A stretch of 64,000 nucleotides of DNA from Podarcis bocagei (taxonomy: Eukaryota), in the NCBI GenBank assembly GCA_964188305.1, contig OZ076887.1. One strand, 5' to 3'. This document shows, one piece after another, positions 1 through 12,300 of the stretch; within the stretch, counting starts at the first letter, position 1, and each line of letters starts with the position of its first letter. A program made the position numbers and the translations under genes. The notes below the pieces were generated by a model. It saw only the letters and a program-made list of their open reading frames with translations. It had not been told where the DNA came from and did not search any database.

Positions 1-310
1 TTTTTAACCTGAAAAGCAGCAATAATAATAAAACTTACTTTCTGCACAGATAAGAATAGTCATAGGTTAACATAAACAACAACAACAACACTCAAAACCC
101 AACCTCCTTTTGTGAAGGAAGAGTGAAAATATTCCTCAATACCCTGGCAGTACCATTGCAGCATGGCCAGTTACTGCATTGTATTGAAATTGGTCATTCT
201 GTCTGTTGGTTATTTTTCATGCGCATTCTGATTCACAAGACCTTCAGATAGCTACTTTGTCAATTTAGTAGATAACGCATTCTAAAGCTGGGACCTGCTT
301 TCTCTTCCAG

Positions 311-367
311 ACTCTGCGCTGTTCAGATCAAAGCACTGGCCAAAATCCGTGCCTTTGTTCAAGACAC
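311..367 (+). CDS. CMTR1: CMTR1 exon ([19 protein letters not shown])
   Basis: ttccag|A...AC|gtaagt; matches human [19 protein letters not shown]. Confidence 0.95.
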
Positions 368-3300
368 GTAAGTATATTTATATTTAAAGGTGCTCTTGGG
401 TGAGGGCCGAACTGTAATTCAGGTTTGTTGTTTGTACTGTTTGAGATGTTATGGCCTTCATTTGGTGGTGGGGCATGGGAGAGTCTTGCATGAAAGTGAC
501 TCCATTCCAGGGAACGTCATTCAAGTCAGTGAGTCAAGTTTGTGGTTTGCGGTATTCTTTTATAAATCTTCCAGGTGTAATTTCTGGGGTCTAGGGCAGC
601 ATTTCAGAAGTTTATTTGAGGGTCTTCTTCACCTTGTTTTTGTTTTTATGGTGTATAAATCACTATGTGAATTGAAAAGAAGAATCCATCTTTGGGGACA
701 GATGTGTGTGTTGGGAGGGGGCAAGCTGAATTATCCTTTTTACTGGAAAATTCAGAAGAACCCTCACAAATTCTTCTAGGACCTTGAATGAACCACGACA
801 GGCTGACATCCGAAAGGAATGCCTCCGACTCTGGGGGGTGAGTAAAACCACAGAACAGCAAACTATAGTTTTGTAGTTCTCCTTTTTTAATGTGTATAGA
901 AGTCTCTGTATTCTCTGTTGAAGAGGATCATATTCCCTTTAAAGGGCATGCTAGGGACTGTATATATTGTTTATATATAATTCTGTGTATTTAGAGAGTG
1001 ATGGTTGGAGAAAGAGATTTTAAAAAAATCATTTCCCAAAGGGTGGGATTTTTGCTAAACTAAAGATCTTCAGTGACAGAAAAATTAGTACTAAGTTAAT
1101 TGTGAATGCGAGTATAACTTACTTGAGACATTCTTGATGAATGCAAACTGCCTTCTATAGCATCCATATTTTAAATGCCTGTTCCTGACTTACACACCAC
1201 AATAGGTCGTCTTGGACAGCAAGTCTCTTTGGCCTAGAACATGATTTCTGATCATTCTACTAAGTTGCATTGACCTGTTAAAGTAAATGACAAAGCTGCA
1301 GGCCATGCTTTTTACACTGAAAAATACAGTGGTCTTTGAGGTATCACAGCACATACGGTCTCAGAATGAATTCTTTCTCTCTTGGCCACCCTACTTTTTT
1401 CAGTTAGAAGTGTGCAACTTCTAACTGAAGTTCAAACTTCCATCGCTTGGATTTTATTTCAAATTGATATTCCCGTGACATAAGATTTGTATAGTAAAAT
1501 GAAATAAACAGATAGGCTTACACATTAAATTTTGCTTGTAAGCCGTTGGTTCGTATTTGGGTTTGAGGCATTGCAACAGGCAGTTGAGGCTCTTCAAGTC
1601 TGCTTCTTGATATGCAGGCTCTTAAGAGGTTGACTGCTGTTAAAAATAATTCTGCTGTAATTCTGCTATCAGGATGGAATAACTGTGTCTCTTCTCATAC
1701 TTCATTGCACTTGTTATAAGCTGCCTGATTGATAGCTTCATGTTAAGGGGCAGCATAGAAATGTAATAAAACAAAATCCCCATATTTCATGAGATGATGC
1801 CACCAATTATTACATTTTTCTACTTGAAGAAGGTAAACCTTCTTTCTCCGTGTGTCTTTCTCTTAGTAACATGTGAATGGCTATTGGAGTAACAAGTTGG
1901 TTAAAAGAAAATAGCTGTTTAGCTGTAGACTTGTTAAATTTAATAAATCCATACCTGCTTTTAAAGAAAATAATTCTCTCAAGTGTAGCCTGTGCAAATT
2001 CAATTTTAAAAGCATTGGAAGAACTCCTACCATTCACAATTACCTAAAAACAAAAGCGTAGACTGAAACATAATGTATGATGAATCTTTAAGTAACAGCT
2101 CTTGCTTTTTAGTATGCATCCCATTCCTATTATCTGAGAAATATCTCTTTGGCTTAAAATGTTTAGAGGCTGAGGGAGTAAATGTCATCGTGTGTGTGGA
2201 TGAAAAGGGAATGTCATACCCTAAGTAACCAAAAAGAGCAATGCCACTTAGTACTAGCCAGCTCTTAAGAGTGCTTCAATATCCCCTTTTGTAGTCACAG
2301 TCTGATCAGTTGATTGCACTTGTTAGTACATGCTTTAGGTATATTGTTCTAAATGAAGTTAGTGGTTGTGAGTAGGGAATCATGGTGCAGTGCTGTTTTT
2401 GGTTAATTGGCCAAAATAAGAAGTCGTATTTTGGCATGTGTATGAGTTGCTACTCAGGATACTCCATAGGACCCTAACATAAATAAACATCGATCCTTTT
2501 AGACAAGAGCAATTTCTCTCCGAACATAAAAAGGACCTCACTTTCAGCATTCATGGAAACTACTCTCTAGCAAATGGGTGGAAAACTTAGGGTCCTCCAG
2601 GAGTTGTTGGACTATAGCTTCTATCCTGCCTGACCAGTGACTGGGCCTGATGGGCAGTGGAGTCCAACAACAGCTGGAGGACCACAAGTTTCTCACCCTT
2701 GCTCTAGGTGGGGCCACTGGATAAACATATACTTCATCACTCAGAGCCGAGAAGAAGAAAACCAAACAGGAACACAGGAAGCTGCCTAATGCCAACTCAG
2801 ACCATTGACCCATCTAACGCACTGATTGTCTGTGGCGCACCAGGATTTCAGATAGCATGTCTTTCCCAGCCCTTCCCAGAGCTGCCAGGAATTGAAGCTG
2901 GGAATTTCTGCATGCCAGCAGGCTCCACTATGGAGCTCTGACTCTTCAGCTGCAACCTGTCATCCCTGCATGAAAGTTGGATTGTGGGGATTTTTATGGC
3001 AACATATTTTGTCGGCTAATTATCTATTGTGCGAAAGAGTACTTTTTTCTTTTTATTTGAAAAGGAACTGCTGCTCCCATTGTTCCTATTGAAATCAATT
3101 GCCAAAGTCTACTGGGCGTTTTGCAGGCATGTTGAAAAGCTGTAGAAGTAGTGTGTAGCAATACTTCAAAAACAATGTGTTGGGTTCTTCCATTCATGAG
3201 AGGCAGAGAGATTGTGAGTAAGAGAACAAAAATAGCCCGAGTACAAGTTAATTTTGATCCATCAGTAGCTCAGGGAAACTCAAGCTCTTCTGTCTTTTAC

Positions 3301-6300
3301 AAAATAAGTTGATATTTTAATGAGCATCTGCCTTGGCTTTCTTTTTGCTTCTCCGTATGTCCCCTTTATTCTATGCCTGATGAACAGCAAATAATTAGAA
3401 GCAATGATGGAATAAATGTAATGTGTGAACCAAATCCTTGTTGACTCATTGGCTCTTGGGTTGCTCTAGATTCCAGACCAGGCCCGAGTTGCTCCATCCT
3501 CTTCTGATCCCAAGTCCAAGTTCTTTGAGCTAATTCAGGTGAGACTTCCAATTGCTGTTTGTTCTGTATGCTCAGATTAAATTAATGCTATTTATCATGA
3601 GACAGCAGAAAGCAAAGATGGAGAAAACACTGCCTGCAAGGCTTCTTTTATTGGTTGCTGTTAACAGCAAAAGGTGAAGTGTATCGCCGTAAGTTTCGAG
3701 CTGGCTGTTACGGAGAGGTATATCTGCTTTGACCCTTCCCTAAACATATGTATCTACTTATAAACTCTCTGGTTCAAACAATCAGTTTTGCAGACAGCAT
3801 ATTTGTGATCAGATGCAGCATTGTGCAGTTATTTTGACAACTGGCTGCTGGAGGCAGAAAATGGCACTACATCAGTAATAGTAATTTATTATTTGTATCC
3901 TTCGCACCTGAGTGGATTGCCCTAGCCAGTCTGGGCACAGAAAAATACAAGGAAACATCAGGTATTAAAAACTTCCCAATAATCTTCAAGTGTCTCCGGA
4001 AAGTTGTGTAGTTGTTTATCTCTTTGACATCTGGTGGGAGGGCGTTCCACAGGGTGGGTGCCACTACCAAGAAGGCCCTCTGCCTGGTTCCCTGTAACTT
4101 CACTTCTTGCAATGCGGGAACTGCCAGAAGGCCCTCGAAGCTAGACTCAGTGTCCTGGCTGCACAGTGGTGGAGATATGCAGTATATGGAGCATGGAAAC
4201 GACTTCCTTAATTCCAGTCATTGTGATAGCCTTTTTTGGGATAACAATTCCCTCTTCTTTTTTGTTTTTAGGGTGCTGACATGGAGATCTTCAGTTACAA
4301 ACCAACACCTCTCAACTCAAAAACCTTGGAGAAAATCCGACCTGTGCTGGATTACAGGTGCATGGTGTCAGGAAGTGAGCAGAAGTTTCTTCTAGCACTA
4401 GGGGTAAGTGGTAATAATGAAATGTAACAATGAGTTTCAGCGGGAGAAAAAAACCCCTGTGTATTTTAAGCAAGTTGGTGCTTGGTTTGCAATTTCATTC
4501 ACCCATGCGTTGCTCCTGTTTATCTGCAGGAATGGTCTTGTTTTAGATCCTGGCTTAAATCGCCATGGTGGTTGTTTGGTCTGTGGATTACCTTTGCTAG
4601 TATCTCACTGATACGTTACAAGCCAATTTTTATAGTAAGCTTTACCTTGTTTTATAAATTCACCAACTACATGATCTTACCATGTTCTAATAACATGATT
4701 TCTTAATTTCTTCAGTGAAATGAAGTCCCTTGCTTGTGAGGGCTAAAAGACAAGCTTGCTAAACAACCTGAATAACTGTTTACTCATTTATTTATTTATT
4801 TAATAAAATTTGTACACTGCTTGATTGTAAAAGACCTTAAAGCGATTTACAAAAGATAAAAAAGTAAAATCCAGAAAAACTAAGAAATCTACTTTAAAAC
4901 ATACAAAAGTTAAAATACTAGAAGAGATAAAATTTAAGATTTTCTTCTTCCGCTGACAACCTTTTTAGATGCTTCGTTATAAAGTGCATTCCACGGTGGC
5001 AATCTCTCTCTGCTGGCCTGGTGCTAACTCCAAGAGACTGTGGCCTCCTCTGTGAACTCCTTTGGTCCCTAATCTCACTGCCTTCCTGTTTGTTTACATG
5101 CAGAAGTCTCAGATATACACTTGGGCTGGTCGCACATCAGATCGCTGGACCAAACTGGACTTGAAAACAGAATTACCACGGGACACTCTTCTGTCTGTGG
5201 AGATAGTTCATGAGCTGAAAGGAGAGGTAAGAGGCTGATTTTTCTTCTGAAGGGGCTAATTTTCTTCTACTAGCAATTTAAAACTCATATTACAAGGGGG
5301 AAAGGCCTGACTAGGGCTTTTGGTAAGGATAGTGGCATTTAAGGTCCTTTTGTGGCTTGCTCTTCTAAGGTAGGATCACTTGCACACATGCATATACTCC
5401 AGCCAAAGCTCTCCTCTCCAGAAGTGGATCTATCATTTTCTTACCAATTTACCAAGCTTGGAGAACAAATATTGCTGTGGGATTGTTATTATTTTTAGTC
5501 ACTAATCACAAAGTTTAGAGAAGGTAATTTATTCAAGGGATAAATGATTTTCTGCAGGGGATATTTGTGAATGAAAAAATGTAAGCATTCCTGAGACTAG
5601 TGCACAAGCAGCAAACAAAATTTAAATACCAGTAATTGGAACACCAATCCTTATAAAATAAGTTAAAAATTCAGTCCGGGTAAATCAAGGCATTGACACA
5701 ATTTTTCCTATCAATCAATCAATCAATCAATCAATCTCTCCTGCCCTTTCTCCCAGAGGAACCCCAAGGTGGCAAACAAGTGATAAAGCAATAAATTATA
5801 CACAAAATGATAAAAATTGTCCAAATTAGTGAAATCAGTTTCATCTAATAAGAACAGGATAAAACAGTTCAAGAATAAAAACAATGTGCTGAAATTCTGA
5901 CTTTTTATACTTAATAAAAGATGTGTTAGAAACAGTATGAAGTGCAAAATGAACTTCAGTGAATACGATCAACAGTAGAATCTGAACAATATCAAAATCA
6001 TAAAAGAGAACAAAGCACTGTGGGTTACAACTACCGTGGGACCAAATTTCCCACTTCCATCAAGCTTGTTACAATTTATCCTAATAAAAATGCTAGTGTT
6101 TTCAATTCCATTATGCACTCTTGGACACTGTTTCGGAAAACCTAAAATAATGGAATTTTAATCTGCTTAAAGCCTAATTCACAGTTCAGGGTTCACCTAG
6201 TGAGACAGAGAAAGGGAGATTTACCTTGCTCAGCCACATATTCCCTTTGGCACAAAGCTACCTTCTCTTTGTAAGCTATTGCAATATGCTTGCTGTGCTC

Positions 6301-9300
6301 TTGTGTGATCTTTCCATAGCTTCTGACACAGTCCATTTGTTCAGATCCAGTCAGGCTTAGTTGAAGGAACATTTTGGGTGGTGGTTGGCTGTCGCCAGCT
6401 TTGTTGGGTTTTATGTGTGTTCAACAGTTTTCAGACTTTTAGGGCGGGAGAACGTAAGAGACTTTGTAAAATAATGAACTGTTTAGAGAGAAATTGCCAT
6501 CTCTGAAACACTCAAATCCAGATTCATGCTGTGGAATTGATTTAGCAATAGGATTGGGACAGCCAAAGGGCACTATTTCTTCACACGGTGCTTAAATTAA
6601 AGGATTTCCTACTGCAGGATGTGGCGCTGGCAACTTGTAGAGATGGCTTTTTAAAAGGATTAAATGAGTTAAATTGGAGATAGAGCTTTCCATGACAGTT
6701 AAGAATGGAATTTCCATGTTCTGCCACAATATGTGCATGCTTACTTAACGCGGAGAACAAATGTAAGGGTGTTTTCTCCCATTACTCCCTGCTTGTGAGC
6801 TTTGCAAGGTTACCTGGGTAGCCACTGTTGGGAGTTCTGGCCTAGAAACACCCCTGAACTCCACCAGCTAAGCAGTTACTTCATTCTTTTGGAAGGTTGA
6901 TTTGATCCATAGATTCCTGACTTTCCCCCACCCCCTAAGGCAGCATGCCAATGGGTTTTATCTGTCAACGGGTGAGCTATGAGTTCAAAGTCCAGAAGCG
7001 ACAGTCCCACAATCCATTGCCCTGGTTTGCTCTCCAGTTACTTCCCCACAAAGTCACAACTTAGTGGTGTCTTACCCAGTATTTGGGAACCATTTTAAAA
7101 CATCTTAGAAGTGAATTTTAACAGTATAGACTTAAGCATGTGCGGTATCCTTTATGGAACTGTATATTTGGGGTGGGAGAACCTGGTAACAGCCCAGTGC
7201 ACATGTCATGATAAGCCATAGTTTGAAATAAACTATGGTTTACCAGAAATGAGCCTGGAACCAGCACTCAGTTTGTTCTTGAAGCAAACCATAAGTGGAA
7301 GCCACCTTGGCTTACTGCTCATAGTTTGTTTGGGAGAAGCAAACCAAAAGTGCTTGTGGTTTGTTTCCTGGCTCAGGCTGGAGCAAAGCCAACATGGGGG
7401 AGCCGTGTGCCCTGGTTTCCTGTGGACTATAGTTTATTTCAAGCTTATCGTGACATGCAGCCAAAGAGGCATTTTTTTTTTTAGCAAAACTTCTGAAGCA
7501 GTCAGTGAGGTGGGAAGCTGTTGCGCATGCAGATGGTATTCTTTGCAACACACTCAGAATACAGCAGCACTTTGTGAGGTGCCGATTTTCCTCTCCCTAG
7601 GGAAAAGCACAGCGAAAAATTAATGCCATCCACATCCTGGATGCCCTGGTGATAAATGGTAGTGATGTCCGAGAACAACATTTCAATCAGCGGTAAGCAG
7701 AGTTCGGGAAATTACTTGTGTATATGGTTTGATGGGTGCAAGGGGGGGGGGGGTGAGAGAGAGGTGGGTTCTTAACCTAGAATAACAGAATAACCCCAAA
7801 TAGACACTTGAGAAATTTTGAAAGAGCAAACTTCTGAATGCAGTATGCCTTTTCTTGATCTCCACTCAGTTAGCCAATGCAACCCTGTGGCAGAGAAGAC
7901 TACTTCATTAGCAGAAAGCAAGCAAATCTTAGCATTTGGGAATATACTAGTACGGAAGCGATCCTTTTTCATGAGAAAAAGCCAACAGCCCTCAGATGCC
8001 TTCCTAGCCACATTTTACTCATAGTTTGTCCTATTTTGGGGCTTCCCGTAGGCATCTGGTTCTTAATGGGCCAAACTATTAAATCAGTCAATCTTTAGAT
8101 TGGTTATGCTACTACCTTGAGTAGCCTCCCCATTGTATAAGACTTTAATCCATTTCTGAGGAAAGCTAAACTAAAGAAATCCTTATTTTTTGGTTGCAGA
8201 ATTCAGCTAGCAGAGAAATTTGTAAAAGCCGTCTCTAAACCTAGCCGGCCAGATATGAACCCCATCCGGTGAGTGCGGCCTTTTGGATTCTTGCTGGCTT
8301 CTGGGGCTGTAATTAAAAATACTTTATAGGTGGTTTGTGCCATGATGGATTTTCACATTAAGTTGTACGTTAGGAAGCCAGCAAGAGTGATTGTGGGAGG
8401 ATGCTTTCCTATGAAAGACCATTTCAGATCAATTTGATATGTGAAGAGCTTATCCTTGAAATAAACTGGTTTAGCTCCTTGACAGAAGAATCAGAGACCA
8501 AACGATGTGGTTCTCTTTCTGGGTCTAGTTTGTAACTTATATGAAGACAGGAGGGGAGGGCAAAGAAATCAGGGCACAAGAGAGAGCAGCACCATGGATC
8601 ATCTTGGAAACATACACTTTACTAAAGCGTGGTTGTGCCTCTTCGGTTTTAATAATTTTGTTTTGGATAACGAATTTAACCTGCATAAAGCTTGCCAGTC
8701 AACAGCACCCTTTCAGAATCAAGTTTGTTGTATAGGACCTGTGTAATATTTCATTCTGTGTTTTTCTGATGCTGAAACAAAATAGCAGGGTTACACCTCC
8801 TATTTCTCAAGCGAGTTGTCCAGCCATCTAAATTCAGCAAGAAGGCTGGTGGTACTGCTGACATGAAGCGCTCAGATCAGTAGAGTTCTGTGATTAGAAG
8901 TCATGATCTTTGATAAGTTTTTTTTCTTTATTACAGTATTCTACTTCTCGATCATGAGGGCTAGAAACTTCCTTTTATAGGAAGTCTAAGATTTTTAGGA
9001 GTCTTGATGAGAGCACCTGGGGAGTAAGTTTTTTTAAAAGCAGAGTCATCAGCAGTTTTGAAGAGCTTGTAGGAACTCAACCTACAGTTAGATGTTGTGG
9101 CCAGCATATTATTCCACTCATGGACTTTTCTCCACAGAGTGAAGGAGGTATACAGGCTAGAGGATATGGAAAAGATTTTTCTAAGGTAAGTCCTCAGAAA
9201 TCCTGGCTTTGCAGCCTTTATTTTGTTATTAATTGGACTTTCTCAGTTGTTTTTTAAAGAGAATATTGTTAATTCTGCATTACTGAGAGGATCTATCAGC

Positions 9301-12300
9301 CTATCCAAAAGGAACCTATGTTTATTGGCTAGTGGAAGGAAGTTAGTTAGGTTTTTTATGGCCAAGCCTCCAACACTGTGTTTTCCAGCCCTGCAGAGAT
9401 CCATCCCATTTCTCCCTTGTGACATAGAAGAGGCTTGCTTGTGTGGCTGGCTGGTGGGAGAAATACTGGCTGCTTTTAAAGATCAGCACATTCATATATT
9501 GCACAATGGAATCCATAGATGGTGCTAAAACGACCAGATTTTAAGCCCTGAATCTATCCGTAGATTCTTTGCCTTAGTACTTTACAAAGCTCTCAGATGA
9601 ACCTTCTAAACCATTTCTGTCTCTCTCAGAGTCCCTTGGTACCCTTTTAACAGGTTCCCCAATTTTGTTCATCATGAAAAGTGTTCAGCAGGCCTCTGGC
9701 GAGTGTGAGGAACCCCAGGCTTCCACCCAACTGTGGAGCTGCAGGGGGGAGAACTGCCCTTTTCCCTTTGCATCCCCAAAGTTTGGAGGACCCCTGGGAG
9801 TTGTTTAGAGTGTTGGGTGTTCAGAGCACTCAGCAAGGAGATGTCCCAGATGCATCTTTGATTTGGAGGCTCAGCATGAGATCACCAGCAAACCAGCTCC
9901 CCTTGGGGGCAGGGCATGATCCTGGCAACCACAATTCTTTTGTTGGCCGACAACCTTCTTCTTATCTTGTTCATCCTCACAACACCCCTCTAAATTATGT
10001 CACAATTATACTTTTAACAGAGAGAAGAATTTGTGTTGGTAACTTGACCACAGTGGAGTTTATGCTTGGCTAGGGATTTGAACTGCACCTCCTGGACCAA
10101 GTCCCAGGGTCCAGCTGTTTGCCACATTGCTGAGACCTGTGCTTTGTGCATTTTTTGTTACTTTGGGTATGAACACCCTGTCTCCTGGTTGTTTGGTGGC
10201 GTAGGTTAGAGATGAAGATCATCAAGAGCTCAGGCGGAACCCCACGGCTATCCTACACTGGCCGTGACGACAGACACTTTGTTCCCACAGGATTGTACAT
10301 CGTTCGGACTGTCAGTGGTATGTTGTTCTCTGTTCAGGGACTCCTTGCTATGATGGCCAAAGTCAAGCTCTGAAATATGCATCTCTGCTTTGGTCAAAAC
10401 AATTACATGGACCATTTTTTGCTTTTAAAAAACTGAGAGAGTACATTCCTCTATTTTGTTAGTTGCCGCTCCCATTCTTTCTTGGATCCTGATTCTCCTA
10501 GCAGAGCGTAGCATTGTGCAGGGGAACGTTGGAAGCTGGGGAAGATCTTGAGGTATTATTTTTTTGCAGAAAAAGCAGTGCAAAATGCTTGCAGAAGATT
10601 GCTGAAGTAGTTTTCTCCTTCCATATGCCCCATGTGCTTTTCTTCCTTCAAAGCCATCCATGATAAATACTACAGAAGCAGCTTCTCTTACCATGCATTG
10701 CTTTTCCTGCCACCACTCAGGATTGAAATGAGTAGGGGACCCAGTAACTGGATGAGAACTCAAGGGCAGGGCAACCACCTGTTCCCTTGTCCTCTGTCCA
10801 TCACCTGGCGCATGAGGCTGCCTTTCCTGCCCCATCATTCCTACAGTGTATTCAGCTAATGAGTACCAGCAGGATTGTAGCTAAGCCAGGGTCACTGAAA
10901 ACCAAGTGGAAGGCATAAGCATTCTTGGGGGAATCCCAAGATTGGCAGAAGTACAAAAAATTTTGACCTGACTTGGACCCTACCTAGCTTCAGCAAGGTG
11001 GTAGCCTCATATGCCTCCAGGCCATATCCTGAATTTTCCAGATGTGCCTTAGAAATGAGGTGCCTTGGTGTACAAAAAAAAGTTTATTGGCAAGTTTTTT
11101 CTTCTCATAAGGGTCTTTTAAGACCCTCTCAGACACTGCTGCCCCATAGACTTCACAAAGGTAGTAGAACTGCTAGCAAAAACTCCTCTGCAGATTCAAC
11201 ACCTGGGCAGGGCTATATGGGTGGAGGCATTTCATTTAGATCAGGGATAGGCAAATTCAGCCCTCCAGATGTTTTGGGACTACAACTCCCATCATCCCTG
11301 ACCACTGGTCCTATTAGCTAGGGATGATGGGAGTTGTAGTCCCAAAACATCTGGAGGGCCGAGTTTGCCTTTGCTTGATTTAGATATTGGGGCCCAAGTC
11401 ATTTGGGGCTTTGTATGTCAACATGATCACCTTGACCTTGCCTTGGAAGCACAATGGCAACCAGTGCAGGTCTTTTAAGAATTGGTGTGCGATGTGCTTA
11501 GCCAGCAGAGCCCACCAGCACTCTGGCCACTGCATTCTGCACCACTTGCAGCTTCTGAACCATCTCTTAAGGACAGCCTCACATGCAATACTCTACAGTA
11601 GTCCAGTTATTCTTCTCTTTTTAATCTGATCTCGTCCCGTCCCCCCACAGATCCGTGGACCATGGCAGTTAGCAAAAATTCTAATAGGAAATTTTTCTAC
11701 AACAAGACAACACATAAATCAACGTATGAACTGCCTCAAGAATCTGTTGCACCATTTCAGTGAGTATCATCCAGAAAATACTGCCAGTTTATCTAGAAGC
11801 AATGAGGGGGATCATACCAGCACATGTTGCTTTTGTAGGGCATAGATCTCTCTCCAGCATCATTAAACTCTGTAGTGTTGACCTGTAAATGTCCACAGAA
11901 GTTACCACTGCAGGCTTTGCTCTATTATCTAAGGAAACTTTGGGAGGGTTCTGGACCATGATTTACAAGTCATTGTACTCTTAATAGTTGGCTTTGGGAA
12001 GTGGCAAGGTAACCCAGCATGTATTAGACTGCATGCCACAGTTGGTATACTTGGCTGGGTCTGGAGTCTGTATCAGGAATAGGTCTCCCTGAAAGCTTTT
12101 GATCTTCTGACTACAACAGAATTACAGTGGCCTGAAACTGCTTGATGTATCATAGTTTTCCCCAGACAACTCTGAGGATCTTTGAAAGGATGCTAAGATT
12201 TCTTGGTTTGATCTTGGGCCCCTTAATAGAACTGCAACTTAAACTTTGTAATATGGAAACACTCTCACTTTTAAGGCTTTGAGATACAGGAAGAAGCTGA

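Noticed and set aside
390-779. 129-aa ORF and similar 60-140 aa ORFs across the window
   Set aside because: Intronic or intergenic, often with non-ATG starts and no recognisable homology; expected by chance.
2077-2137. Possible intronic C/D snoRNA (ATGATGA ... CTGA, about 60 nt)
   Set aside because: No terminal stem, no clear C'/D' boxes and no recognisable rRNA guide; such box pairs arise by chance.
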